From contig NC_135761.1 of assembly GCF_052425735.1 (NCBI RefSeq), positions 59,768,001 through 59,832,000 of the forward strand: 64,000 nt of DNA, read 5' to 3'. This document shows positions 25,448 to 37,560 of the stretch, one piece after another. The translations under genes were made by a program, and so were the position numbers. The notes below the pieces were generated by a model that saw only the letters and a list, made by a program, of their open reading frames with translations, did not search any database and was not told the DNA's origin. Position 1 is the first letter of the stretch. Each line of letters opens with the position of its first letter. Source of the DNA: Oculina patagonica. Its lineage: Eukaryota.

Positions 25448-25860
25448 GTTTGTTCTCTGAAGTAGTAAAACCACGCCAGATAATGGGCACAAATTGATGG
25501 TAAAATCCTCAATGATCTCCGATTTACAAGAATATCCAGCAAATGCACAGTTGTTGTATAGTTCCTCCTGTGTTTATTAGCTGCCTTTACGCTCCATATC
25601 GTACAAACAAACGCACAACAAGAAATCCGAGGGCGACAACCGTGTCTGACAGATGTCAATAATCTTGCGCTGGGGGCCGGACTGAGATGAGACTAATCCT
25701 GCCCCACTCCTCCCTTTTAGAAATTTTATTGCCCCAGTTCGAATTCCTCTATTTCTTTCCGATTTTTTCTACGGAGGGTAGTATTCTTATTCTTATGTTT
25801 TACTTAATCTGTTATTTAGCTTCCCGAAAGCCACGATTAAAACGGTAACAGCAAAATGAT
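25448..25860. promoter_or_regulatory. Probable bidirectional promoter / 5' region between the US22-like and coiled-coil genes
   Basis: The two genes diverge from here. The region is locally CpG-richer with GC-box-like stretches (gggggccgg, gccccactcc). TSSs are not identifiable. Confidence 0.35.
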
Positions 25861-25914
25861 TAACTCTTAGGGGCTCTCTTGACTCTCTTGGGGTTTTTCT
25901 GCGTGGCTGTGATC

Positions 25915-26230
25915 CCCGGGGGGGGGACTCCCATATGAAACGGACGGGGATGCTCGTCGGAAATTTTGAAAAGAACCCCTAAAAGAGACCAATCTGGGTG
26001 TGGCTCAAGCCTTTCTTGACCCCTAAAAGATACCAAAAAACTAAGAATGGAGTTTATATTTGTATATTTCTTCGTGTGTAACCCTAAACGAGACCATTAT
26101 GGCTAAAAATATTGGCGTTTTGGGCGTTTTTTCCCGGAACACCCTAAGCGAGACCAAAAGTCCGAAATTTACACCCCTAAGCGAGACGACGAGCATCCCC
26201 GTCACTTTCATATGCGAGTCCCCCCCCGGG
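25915..26230. mobile_element. CCCGGG-terminated MITE with 8-bp TSD
   Basis: TIR cccgggggggggactc.catatgaaa..gacggggatgctcgtc; TSD CTGTGATC. Related copies at 28305-28616 (inverted), ~22721-23053 and ~34021-34417. Confidence 0.85.
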
Positions 26231-26342
26231 CTGTGATCGTAAGCGCCTGCAAGGTAGCATTGTCAGCGGTGACAGTACAAGGTACGCAATCAGGGACAAC
26301 ATGTGTCCCTATACATAAAGTACCTGCTACTGTACCGACCTT

Positions 26343-26755
26343 GGCGGCCCAAGCTCACAATTAGAGGAGTTAATATATTTAACATAATTCTCTTTTGTAA
26401 CCATACGCGAAACGTGACTCTCGACCGGCAGCATATGGAGGTGTTGTGTTACAACGGTTCTCATTTATAAAGGTTTGTATGGGAGAATACGCTTTCGAAT
26501 TTATAGCTAAATATAATGAGATTTTGACAATAAAATCAACTTAACTCAATGTCCTGTCGTTATGTCTGTTGTTATCTCGGTTCTCAGGCCGATCCGAGGC
26601 GTTTTAAGCGAGTTATGCAATTTTTGGTTTCCACTGAGAACCGTTGTAACACAACACCTCCATATGCTGCCGGTCGAGAGACACGTTTCGTGTATGGTTA
26701 CAAAAGAGAATTATGTTAAATATTTTAACTTCTCTAATTGTGAGCTTGGGCTGCC
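26343..26755. mobile_element. MITE / foldback element with ~120-bp near-perfect TIRs
   Basis: cccaagctcacaattaga...ccggcagcatatggaggtgttgtgttacaacggttctca mirrored at ~26635-26755. Confidence 0.8.
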
Positions 26756-26934
26756 TGTGTTTGCTGCCAACAACTTTTGTTTAAACAGAGTACCGTCAGT
26801 ACAATCATGTAGATATTTAAATAAATGTAAACAGATGTATAAAAATATATCATTGTGCAATCCACACTTGAAATTGCATGGATTGTAAATGTACAGTGTA
26901 TGCATACATTTTCTTGCAGAGGTGACAAAGAACT

Positions 26935-29900
26935 ATGCAAGAAGACTGGTCAAAAGAGAGGAAAGCCTTGCTCAAAAGCATCAATGAAAAGGAAGAAAGA
27001 TTGAAGGATTTTGAAAAAGTAAGTGACTGAGAATTATGACTGAAAGTTATTAGACATCTAATCAAGACAGTTGGACCTCTACTTAATGTCCTCTAATGGA
27101 CACTGCCATTATAATAACCAAGCTGCATTCAGTCCAAGTTACGCTGAAGATCTTCGGCGTGGATCTTTGCCTTTTTCAATACAATCCTTTAAAATCTTGG
27201 CATACACTTGGCAGATCTTCGGCGTAAGCTTCGCTTGGAATGCACCTTGGCATAATACAGACACCTCTATTATCAATCTGCAAAGTATGCATGCCTTTTT
27301 CCAAATGTTCATTGCACATACTAATATTGCAGCATTGCACATGACAGCTGACCGCAGTTCACATCATGCATGGGTGAGCTCCTGACTTCCGGTCGTATTG
27401 CACGCGGCTAAAAATGGTTCTGCCTGCGCAAGATCTTGTTGAGTTTCGCCATACTCTGCGGGCTGGCCTCTATATAATCTATGGACAGTCCACTTGTTCC
27501 CAGAGGAATTTGCTAATAATGTCTAATCACTCACTCCCCCCCTCCCCTCCCCACGAGCCTTGGAGGTCTGCTTATTGTGAAAACATATATTCATGAATGT
27601 CAATGAAACAGAAAAATTTAACCAAATTTAAACTTTTTCAACCAAGCTTGTTCAAAAACATTATCAAGCAAGCTAGCGCAAGTTAAAAATTTAATCCAAA
27701 TGTTGCAATTTTGATTGGTTAATTTTATCTCGTGATTTCCAAATAATTATATGGTACTTAGTGGAAACAAATGTGCTGCAAACACTTTGTACAATACGAA
27801 TCAAAGGGAGTTACACGTTGCAACCCTTATGGGTTCCTGTTTAAATTACAAAATTAATTATACATAATTTTATTGTAGTTTATTTAAGTTACTATACATG
27901 TATGTTTTAAAACTAGTATTTTTTTAATTGGCAGAGGTTCCTCCCCAGAACGATAGAGGATGAGAGACTTATTTTGAAGGTACTGTACACACGTACATGT
28001 ATATAACTACAATGCATGCGCAGTGGAACCCCGATATAACAATATGCCAAGGGGGCAGTAAAATTGTATTGTTATATCGAGGAATCGTTATATCGGGGTT
28101 CCGTCCCATACATTTTACTATTGCCGGGACATACATATTCATCGATCGATATATCGGGAATATCGTTATATCTAAGATCGTTATATCGGGGTTCCACTGT
28201 ATTTTACAAACCTGATGGATACAAACAAGAGAGAGACCATATTCTATTTCCTTGATAGTTTTAAATAATATTATCAGCAAGAAAAATAATGCCTTATGCA
28301 AAAACCCGGGCGGGGGGGACTTGCATACAATGAAAGTGATGAGGATGCTCGTCATCTCGTTTACGGGTGTAAAGTTTGGATTTTGGGTCTCGCTTAGGAA
28401 ATTAATGTTAAAATTTTTAGCCATAATGGTCTCGTTTAGGGTTACACACGAAGAAATATACAAATATAAATTCTATTTTTAGTTTTTTGGTTTCTTTTAG
28501 GGGTCAAGAAAAGCTTGAGCCACACCCAGATTAGTCTCTTTTGGGGATTCTTTTCAAAATTTCCGACGAGCATCCCCAACTGTTTCATTCAAATAGGAAT
28601 TCTCCCCCCCCCCGGGGGCAAAAGACCGAATCATCCAACATAGTGTACATTAAATAACAAATATAAACAGTGGAATCAGAATTCTTGAACCCTAGATTTT
28701 TTTAATCTCCTGATAACTTGAACCAATAGTTGCTTCCCTTCTCTCAGTCAAACACTGCAGTTATAGCCCCGTTTTTTCAAACTCCCAAATTTCTTGAACC
28801 AATTTTTGTTTCTCAGAGGTTCAACCAATCAGGATTTTACTGTTAGTGCCTTAATCCTTATCAAAAAAGCAAATGTTAAGGGCAGTGGAACAAAAATTTA
28901 CATGGCTATCTTCAAAGGTCGGTACACACTAGACGACAAGTCGCTGCAACATGTCACGGGGACAAGTTGCTTCAATACTGTATGTTGCCCTGTGTGACAT
29001 GGTGCATTTTTACGACAATCTTTATTGCTGCGACAGAATTTTGTCGGTGCGATCGGTCGCACAAATTCAAACTACTGCAGCTTTATTGAATTGGTTAACC
29101 AGTTCACTTTCCCACTCTTCTAAATTCTCTGCGTGTACACCGAACTAGCGCCTTGTCGCAGCGACTTGTTTTATAACAGTACACACGGCGTGACTTATTG
29201 CAGAGACCTGTTGTTGCGACTTGTCGCCTAGTGACGTGTGTCCAGACCTAAATACATAAACTAAAGATTATGAACTGGATCACGAATCTCGTGATTTTCT
29301 CTGGAGTATCAATGAACATTTCACACCAAATATAACTACATGTATTGGGACTGTGTGGGAGGACTGGAGGTGAAAATACTTGACTTGAGTTCAGGCTAAG
29401 CACAGCATTTGGCCAAAAAACAAATATTTTTCCATCTAGTGCTACCTAACTCAGTCAATACGCACTATATTGATAATCATGAATTGACAATAGTATACCT
29501 GCCAACTTTTTCTGGGTCAAAGGCGTGAGATTTTTATCCTGAGAGTGCCAGGATTTCCGAAGACGATACGACAATGTCCGAAGTTTTCTGAAGACGTCCG
29601 AAGTATTCCGAAGATGTTCTGAACATATTCCGATCCCAGTGCATGGACGTGTTTTGCTAAACACGACCTCGTTCCCAATACTTTTTTTGTCAAAACTCTG
29701 AGATTTTGGGAAAAATGACGCCATTGACTTTTTTTACATGGAGTTTTCGTTTTTCACATTGGTTTGAGTTTACATTTTTTGGAAAGTGTGTCATTTGTGC
29801 TTGTAATAACTCACATCTTTCGGCCAGGAGTGAGGAATTGGTTCGTAAGCGTGAGTTGGTGTGAGATTGAAGTTTTCAACTTGCAGGCGTGAGACTCACG

Positions 29901-32900
29901 CCCAAGGCGTGAGAGTTGGCAGGTATACAATAGGTGATAAATTACTCAGTGAATGACCCTGCACACTTTGGTGCATGATCTCATTAATTTTATTTTCTGC
30001 ATTTCATTCAATGGTCCCTTGTAAAAAAACCTCACAAGTGTAAGCATCAACTTTAAGTTAGTATAATAATTTTTGTAATTATACATGTATCATATTTACA
30101 TGTTTTGTCTTTAAATTGTGAAGGAAAAGGACCTAGAAAAAGAAGTTGATGTTATTAAGTCCAAGGTACGTTGAATAACAGGGTTGCCACAGATCAGAAA
30201 ATGATCAGGGGAAAAATTTTTGAACCTGGTCGAGGAAAAGTCAGGGAATTTTATTTCGAGTCTAGGAAAATTGACATTTTGAAAAAAATGATGACACCTC
30301 TGATATAATGCTATTGAATGCTAGAAGAAACATTTCAGGTCACAGTGATCTAGTACACTAATACGGCTGACTTTTTGTATTTACTTTGTCAAGGAAATTC
30401 AATTTTAATCAGGGAAAAGCCAGGGAATTTTAAAAAACGATGTCTGTTATGTGTATGGAAAATAACTCATTCATAAAGCTGGAGTTTACCGGGACACAAA
30501 AAATTGCAGTCCCCAGACTTCAATGTCCAGCTTACACAACAATTACATTGTCATGTTTGTATTGTAGTCTCAATGTACATGTACACTGAACATTATGTAA
30601 ATATCAAAATTAGAACCCCCATAACTTGAACTTGGATAACAGTTTTACTCAAACAACCCTGCTAACTCGAACTAACCTCCAATTCCCTTAGTTTTGACCC
30701 CACTTTTCAGTCATTTTACTCGGTTAACTTGAACTCGGATAACTCGAAAACCCTGCTAACTCGAATTACAGTAAATTTTGTTTCCCTTGAACAAAATTTG
30801 GGTCAAATTTACCCCGATAACTCGATTTTCAGTTCTTGCAACTTGCCATATCATGGACACCTATTGATTAGAGCAACGAACAGATCAAGTATATGAATGG
30901 AATTAGATACGGAGACTTTGCTATAGAATGTTTGTGTTAGCTTTAACATTTTTCATTAACCGTCTTTTTTTCCTGTGCTTTATTGCCAACCACCTCCTTA
31001 GTATTAATGTAATTTAACTTCGCTCAGCTCGATAAGCTTTTTAGTTTTTCTGAGTGTTGTTACCATATTCTGTTTTAATTATATGTATATATGTATATAT
31101 TTTTTTTCAAAATTGTATGTAGGTACTTTTTTGGTAATAAAGTTGTTGTTGTAAGTATTTGACAGCCATTTTCCACTCTTATCATAAGAATGTACTGTAT
31201 GGTCGTGTTAGAGTTTCTGACGAGATAAGTTAAATGTGCACTGTACTGTATACTGAAATGCTGAAAAATAAGTGAAGTATCAATTATTAACTTGGCAAAT
31301 TAAATATTCAATTGACCCCGATAACTCGAAACAACGCCAACTCGAACTGTTTTTCATTTCCCTTCAGAGTTCGAGTTACCGGGGTTTTTACTGTACTTTT
31401 TTGAAAATCATTGACACAATTGGCATGGTGTTATAAACAGAGTGTGACCAAAGTTGCTCAGGTGGAGCATGCGTTGTTTACTAATTTACAGAGTTTCATG
31501 TTGTATGTACACCTGTTATAATGCGTTTTGAAATTTATGCTTCATTGAACGTTTTAGCCTGCGAACAGGCTCCCGAGTGGGGTTTTTACGCGAGCGAAGC
31601 GAGCGGAAGAGCGGGGCCTGAGGGGGAGCCTGTAGACTTTGTTTGATTCCGCCCATCCGCCCACTTGTAATGGATCCTGTAACACATCTGTCAGTAGGGT
31701 AATTAGACCTAGCAAAAAACAGATGACAGGCCTACACAGACTCCTACTTCGTGACTTTTGTACAAAATAAGCCGTTCGGTAAAATTGGATTTGGTCGTCC
31801 AATTTATTTTGACGCTTCAAAGTTGTTTAGAAAGGGCACTATGCTCTGTCACTTGTATTATAAGAAGGCGATTTTAGGTTATAAAGTAAAGTCGAAAGAC
31901 TGCCGCTCAGCAGATGTGTAGAGATGATAGATCTGCACCGTTTCCCGTTAGTACATTTTGACACCTCTGTATTAAATTTTGCTATTGCGGTTAGCCTTGG
32001 CTCATTCATATTCGCAACATGTGTTTTAAGCTCTAAAAATGTTCGCTCTGGAAGGACACAGATCCTATTTCCGTGAATATGTTGATTATGTACTTGCATT
32101 CTATATTTGCAAGGCCGGGCCCGGCTGTTTATAGTGTTGCAATGTGTGTTGCTTTTTATCACAGATGACATATTTATTTCTGTTCACTTTAGCCAGAGAC
32201 TGCGTAGCTTTATTTTGCAAAGCTATTGCTTTGTTTTAGAGACACGTTATTTACTGTCGCTAAGGATATGTATCTTGCATCAATTTTAACGAGCGTTTAG
32301 TCTTTTGAGCTCGATGTTTTGGATTTTCGCCTCTTTCCTTTGTTCGTTGTGTGACATTTGCACCACAAGATAAATGTAGGATTCATGTAGATTTATCGCA
32401 TATCTAACCACACGCAAGTCGGTTGACTTTTTTTCGTGTTGTGTATGCCACTATTTTTCATCACTCACTTGTCAAAAATTAGCGTTCTGACCAATCAGAT
32501 CATGATACCAGTATCTGGTATCATGGATCGGCGTTTTCAAAAGACTGTCCACAGGCTCCCGTGCCCCCGTACTCCCCCTCAGGCCCCGCTCTTCCGCTCG
32601 CTTCGCTCGCGTAAAAACCCCACTCGGGAGCCTGTTCGCAGGCTATGAACGTTTTTATCTTCATTTTTAGATTGCCACAGTCAAGCAAGAAATAGAAGTC
32701 TTGAAATTGCGTAAGAAGCTAAAGGTATCTCTCTTGGATCAACTGAAAATTAAAAAAATAATTTAATTTAATTAAGATAGCAACAGCTTCAATCATTCAA
32801 CCACCCACCAACCAACTAACCAGATCTTTAATTCCTAGAGAGATCAAATAAACATAATTTATCTAGAAACAGGGTTTTGCTTTGTCAGTACTTATTAAAT

Positions 32901-33313
32901 AATAATTATTACATGTTCAAAAGCCAATTTCAAGGGAGTTGACTGTGAACACATACTTGTCTGAATAACTAACTGATAGGAGATGCATTAATTAACAATT
33001 ATTCAACAAGTGGAGGTGAATAATTGTTTTAGTATATATACCACACAAGTTAAATAACTAGCGGACCAAAACATCACTTTTGGTAAACAAAGCGACATGT
33101 GAAGGCAGTTTGTTTCTCTTTAGCTGCTCAGAGGTGAAAAGTACTTTGCTAACCACCTCCGAGTTAACCAATCAGTGCACGCGAAAAGCACTATTCACTT
33201 GTGTGGTGTATACTAAAAATGTATATTGAAATTTATAATTTTATTATGTTAACTGTTCTTTTTTGGCTTCTTTGCAGGAACTTGAAGAGGAGAATGAAGC
33301 TCTGAAGGGGTGA
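26935..33313 (+). CDS. Small coiled-coil protein (86 aa), 5 micro-exons, unknown family
   Basis: Exons 26935-27018, 27935-27979, 30124-30165, 32671-32724, 33278-33313, all phase 0 with pyrimidine-rich AG acceptors and AA/AG|GT donors. An in-frame TGA lies upstream of the ATG. Product: MQEDWSKERKALLKSINEKEERLKDFEKRFLPRTIEDERLILKEKDLEKEVDVIKSKIATVKQEIEVLKLRKKLKELEEENEALKG*. Confidence 0.72.
28021..28199. mobile_element. Tigger/pogo-like MITE
   Basis: cagtggaaccccgatataac / gttatatcggggttccactg followed by TA. Related degraded elements at ~28668-28843 and ~30605-31395. Confidence 0.8.
28305..28616. mobile_element. CCCGGG-terminated MITE (inverted copy of 25915-26230)
   Basis: The internal sequence is the reverse complement of the 25915 element (cttgagccacacccagatt.gtctct). 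Confidence 0.8.
28915..29250. mobile_element. PIF/Harbinger-like MITE
   Basis: aggtc.g.acacactag.cgacaagtcgc / gcgacttgtcgcctagtg..gtgtccagacct inverted ends. Confidence 0.6.
29494..29927. mobile_element. MITE with 6-bp TSD (hAT6-like)
   Basis: TIR tatacctgccaact/agttggcaggtata; TSD CAATAG. Confidence 0.8.
31555..32645. mobile_element. Young Mutator-type non-autonomous element (1.09 kb)
   Basis: Perfect ~70-bp TIRs tagcctgcgaacaggctcccgagtggggtttttacgcgagcg...; 9-bp TSD TGAACGTTT. Confidence 0.92.
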
Positions 33314-33769
33314 CTGGAATAAGGCCCCAAATGACTTCTGATAAATTGCTAGATTCCCCTTCCAATTTGCCCTGTGAATGCTTATACATGTAAGTCAAGG
33401 GAAGAATGTCATATTATATCAGGAGTAACTAGGCCTCATTCCACTCACCCTTTCAATAATTTATACTTTGTCAATTACCGGTACCCAATACAGCAAAACA
33501 TGTTTCCTCTATTTTATACTCTGATATAAAGGCTATACAGCCAATCAAAACACATAGAAGATCCATACCATACAATATTATAAAATGACATTCATACTTA
33601 ATGCATGTGCTGATTGGTTGCCCTGCATGCTTCTCAGCTATTCTTTTCTAAAAATGCCGTTATCACCTGCAATTATTTGTATGTATTTTTCACCTTAATT
33701 TCTCATTTCATTTTTTATCAGTCATACAATCAATCAATCATTCAATCAATGGATGAATCGATGGTTGGA

Positions 33770-33903
33770 NNNNNNNNNNNNNNNNNNNNNNNNNNNNNNN
33801 NNNNNNNNNNNNNNNNNNNNNNNNNNNNNNNNNNNNNNNNNNNNNNNNNNNNNNNNNNNNNNNNNNNNNNNNNNNNNNNNNNNNNNNNNNNNNNNNNNNN
33901 NNN
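33770..33903. other. Assembly gap (N-run)
   Basis: Run of N next to a (caat)n/(gatg)-type microsatellite. Confidence 0.99.
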
Positions 33904-34932
33904 TTTTAAGCACCAGAAAACGAACGTTTTTAGAATAAAATTGTTTTTAAACACCTTACATCTATTTCTGTGTTATATTTTTTGCTGTTTCTGTGCACAC
34001 CTTGCCCGGTCGGGGTGGGGGCCCAGGGGGATACTCCGGTTTGTAAATGACGGTGATGATCGAAGGATTTTTTTAGGTTTGAAGTTTTCGATTCCGGAAT
34101 TTTTTTGTGTTGGAAAATTTGGCAAGTATTTTTTGGGGTGACTTGATTTGAATAGGGGATTTTTTGGGTATTATAAACGAACTAAAGTGCCTTGGCGTGG
34201 CTTTGGAGTACTAATGGTATGATGAATAAAAAAACACAAGCATTCAATTTTTTATGATTTTCTTTGCGTTATATTATTGCCCCTCCTGGCAATTTAGGGG
34301 TAAGTTGACAAGGGATTTTTTGGGTAATGTTAGAAGACTTAGGGATTTTTTTGGGGTCCTGAGGTTTGCCTCCATTCGATCATCCCCGTCATTTACAAGC
34401 CGGAGTACCCCCCCTGGTGTGGAAGTAGGGCGTAGGTAAAATGGCCGTGCTTGTTGGCAAGTCCAAAATATTGTTTAAAGAGTGTCGACTGTGCTGAACA
34501 AACAAATGCATGTTCAAGATTGCGGTTAAGGCTTCCTCCCAATACTTTGGAATGGAAATAGACAACCCTGTTCAGCGTAGAAAGTTTGTGTTAATTTTGT
34601 AATTCTTTTTGAATTTTGAAAAAGATAAGAACATTTCTTCCTCCTACAAAATGTCCGACAGCGTCTTTACGCCGTCATTGAACCATTGTTTATAAAAAGC
34701 AGATTTTCCGGTAATGGTGATAAGGTGATTATTCCATAGGATCTCGTTTTCTTTTTCTTGTCGTGGGAATATAACTATCCGCTACTTTTCGCAGCGTTGC
34801 TTTGTGTGACATGTCAGTCTCAACTTGCAACGCAATTTTTTCAATAAATAGAACGCAATGATTTTTCAACACAAAGATTCAATAAATAGAACGCATCATT
34901 CGTGTGTGACCGGTAACCTATAGCTAAGTACT

Positions 34933-35313
34933 TCAAGTGCTTGCTTGCTTGTACCCCCTCTGCAACTTGCAATAATTGTAATGATGGAAGGTAGCATTGG
35001 CGTTAAACTTTTTAGTTGCTCTGTACTTGTCAGTGGCCAACAACTCACACAGATAAAGATCTTTCGAGTCAGGATACGCCGCCATGTTAAACGAATAACA
35101 CTTTGGTTCACCAACACAAAGGAAAGTGCAATCTAACTGATCTGCCACCATGGACGATGTTATTTTCTTTACCCATAAGTAGTGGAAAGGATTTCGCTGA
35201 AAGTCGCCAACAGAGAAGTCGCCTGTTGGATTTCGATAAAGAGCACTGTCTTCCATAGTGTACATCATCATTAACTGAGAGAACAGAAACAATAGAAGTG
35301 GCAGAAGTACCAT
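34933..35313 (-). pseudogene. Truncated paralog (copy 1): signal peptide + PAN/apple domain only; pseudogene or PAN-only variant
   Basis: Near-identical to exon 1 of the paralogs (SALYRNPTGDFSVGDF...CELLATDKYRATKKF) down to ~34977, where homology stops before the donor site. No EGF or fibrinogen-like exons are visible between it and the gap. Confidence 0.6.
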
Positions 35314-37199
35314 GGCGCGTTCTTTGCAAGAAGACTAGATGACCAAACCGACGATTAAATAGATTTTTCCCTTCAAAACTCTCTAAGTTTCAATCACTGA
35401 ACTATGTCATGTTCAGGTTAGTCGTTAGACGCGTACGGCTGCGTCGCCAAAGGTGTTCTATCTTATATTACGTACGTTCCACTGTATGTTTTTATATTGC
35501 TTTAAAATTTGTAATGGACTAAAAAGGTTACACCACTATACGTTCTATATGTTTAATAATATCATGGAAGCAGTATTTATTCTGAGTCTTACATAATTAA
35601 AAATTTACGACGTTAGTTAAAGTATTTAAGTTCTACTATATACGTACTGCCAGCGCAAAGCTTCATTACATAGAATAGGAAATTACTGGAACTGAAAAAA
35701 GGCAATTCGATTTTTCATAGTTTTAAGTAGGTCAATGTTTTACCCTAACAAGAGAAACAGAGTGTTTTATTCCGCATGTTTGAGACATCGTGAGCAATAA
35801 TGTAGAATTTTCGGAAAAAACGGTCTTAAATGAATTGCAGCAGTTACACAAGGGGTGAGGCTTTTGGCTTCAGTTGACCTTTTTGAGGAGGCTCCGCCCG
35901 AAAAAGGTTACTACGAGTTGAAGTATAGGGAAAAAGGTAGGGGAAAGTGTCTTTTAGGTGTTAGCAATATCCGAAACAGACACATACATGTATTAAGCAT
36001 GAGAATATTTTTTTTGACTGGGGTTAATAAAATGAAAAGTTCAGAAAAGGGATGATATATTTGTACTGTAGTTATGTAGAGGTGCTTCTATTTTCTGCTA
36101 TTTTGTAAAAGGGTTAGCTTTTCCTTAAAAATAGAGTTAGAAAAACCCTTTCTAATTGTTAGAATTAATTTTGTTCAAACCCGTTGCTTTATGTAAATAC
36201 ACTGGTGGCGGCGCTTTTTTAGCTTCAAAGAATCGAGTTACTTTTGTTCAGAAAACTAGCGTTGAAGCTTATCTTCAAACGATTTCCTTCCCGCAAGAAC
36301 TCTTTGGGGTAACATTTTAAGGGTCGCCCACTACAGTTACTGAAGATACAAAGCTTCCACTCCGAAAAATGGAGACAGATTTTTCTTCAAATATTTATCG
36401 GCCGCTATTATTGCTTAAAACCAGCCTAGTTTTGTGTTATAAAACGCCGAAGAAACTGCAAGTGCCTTAAATAAGCGCTAAAAGTATCGAGAAAGTACTC
36501 ATTTGTCTTTTAAAAACATCAAAAATAACCCTCAATTTTCGAATTCTACAATGTATGCAGCCATTAAACTATTATACACCACTTAAATTCGAACAGCTGG
36601 CACCCTTCCACGGAGTGCACAGACAAAAAGGACCCTCAAAAAGAAAGCTATAGCTATGTTCCTTTGAGTCCTCTTTCTTTAAATATAAAGTTAACGTGCT
36701 TAGAGCACAAACAATTTTGAATTACAACAGAAGTCCTCAATTATTCATTCTATAAAGATTTTATTTACAAATATCCATGTCTATGAATATCTTAAACTGA
36801 TTAAAATACGTTTTACCGAGCTTATAAACTCTCTGTTGCGTGACACTTTTCAGGAAATTTTTCCAATGCAACTTCGCGCTACATATTGCTGCAACTTGCA
36901 ACATAACCTGATATCATGGCCTCCCTCCCTACTTACCACTCCAGGGAAGGAGGGCATGAGACATTTAATCGTATGTAAAAAAAAAAAACCGGATTCTTGT
37001 TTTTCTTTTGATTGGTTGAGAAACAATACTAAATGAAGCGGTGTGGACTGATTGGCTACAACATGAATGGTAGTACATGCAAAAACACTTCACAACTTGC
37101 AATGCAACAATGTTGCAAAACAAGTTGAACAAAAAATGTTGCCCGTATTGCTGGGTCTTAAAACTCTTATAAAACCTGGCTTTTTAGGCAAACAGACCG

Positions 37200-37560
37200 T
37201 ATGTTAGTCGAGAACTGGCAAACTTGATGCGTGGTCGGTTTGGATTCACCACAAGAGAACAGAAAACGTTGGTAACCGCCCTGCAACAGGCAGCAGAGAA
37301 AGCCTCATACTTTATCTGGCTAAAGCGTGACGACAAAGTGTGGCTCGGCTAGTTTTTTATTTTCTTTTTAACTCATGTCCCAGCCAGCACCAGCTCTTGT
37401 GAAGCCTCCTTAGGGAGGGGCCCCGCCATGGCAGAAGGCAGTCGAGGAGTAGGGGCCGAAACTGTCTGCCATGGTTCCTCCTGACGACTTCCAAGCTGGA
37501 TCCAGCATTGGAGCTGCTGGCTGGGAAGCACCGCAGTGTTTTACTACTTCTCAGTTGTCC
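37200..37560 (+). mobile_element. 3' fragment of an RLE-type non-LTR retrotransposon (HERO-like)
   Basis: The ORF end ..FGFTTREQKTLVTALQQAAEKASYFIWLKRDDKVWLG* (stop 37350-37352) matches the AAE.AS..IW..R C-terminus as I recall it; a GC-rich structured 3' UTR follows. Confidence 0.65.

Noticed and set aside
33614-34141. ORFs spanning the N-run
   Set aside because: Artefacts of the assembly gap.
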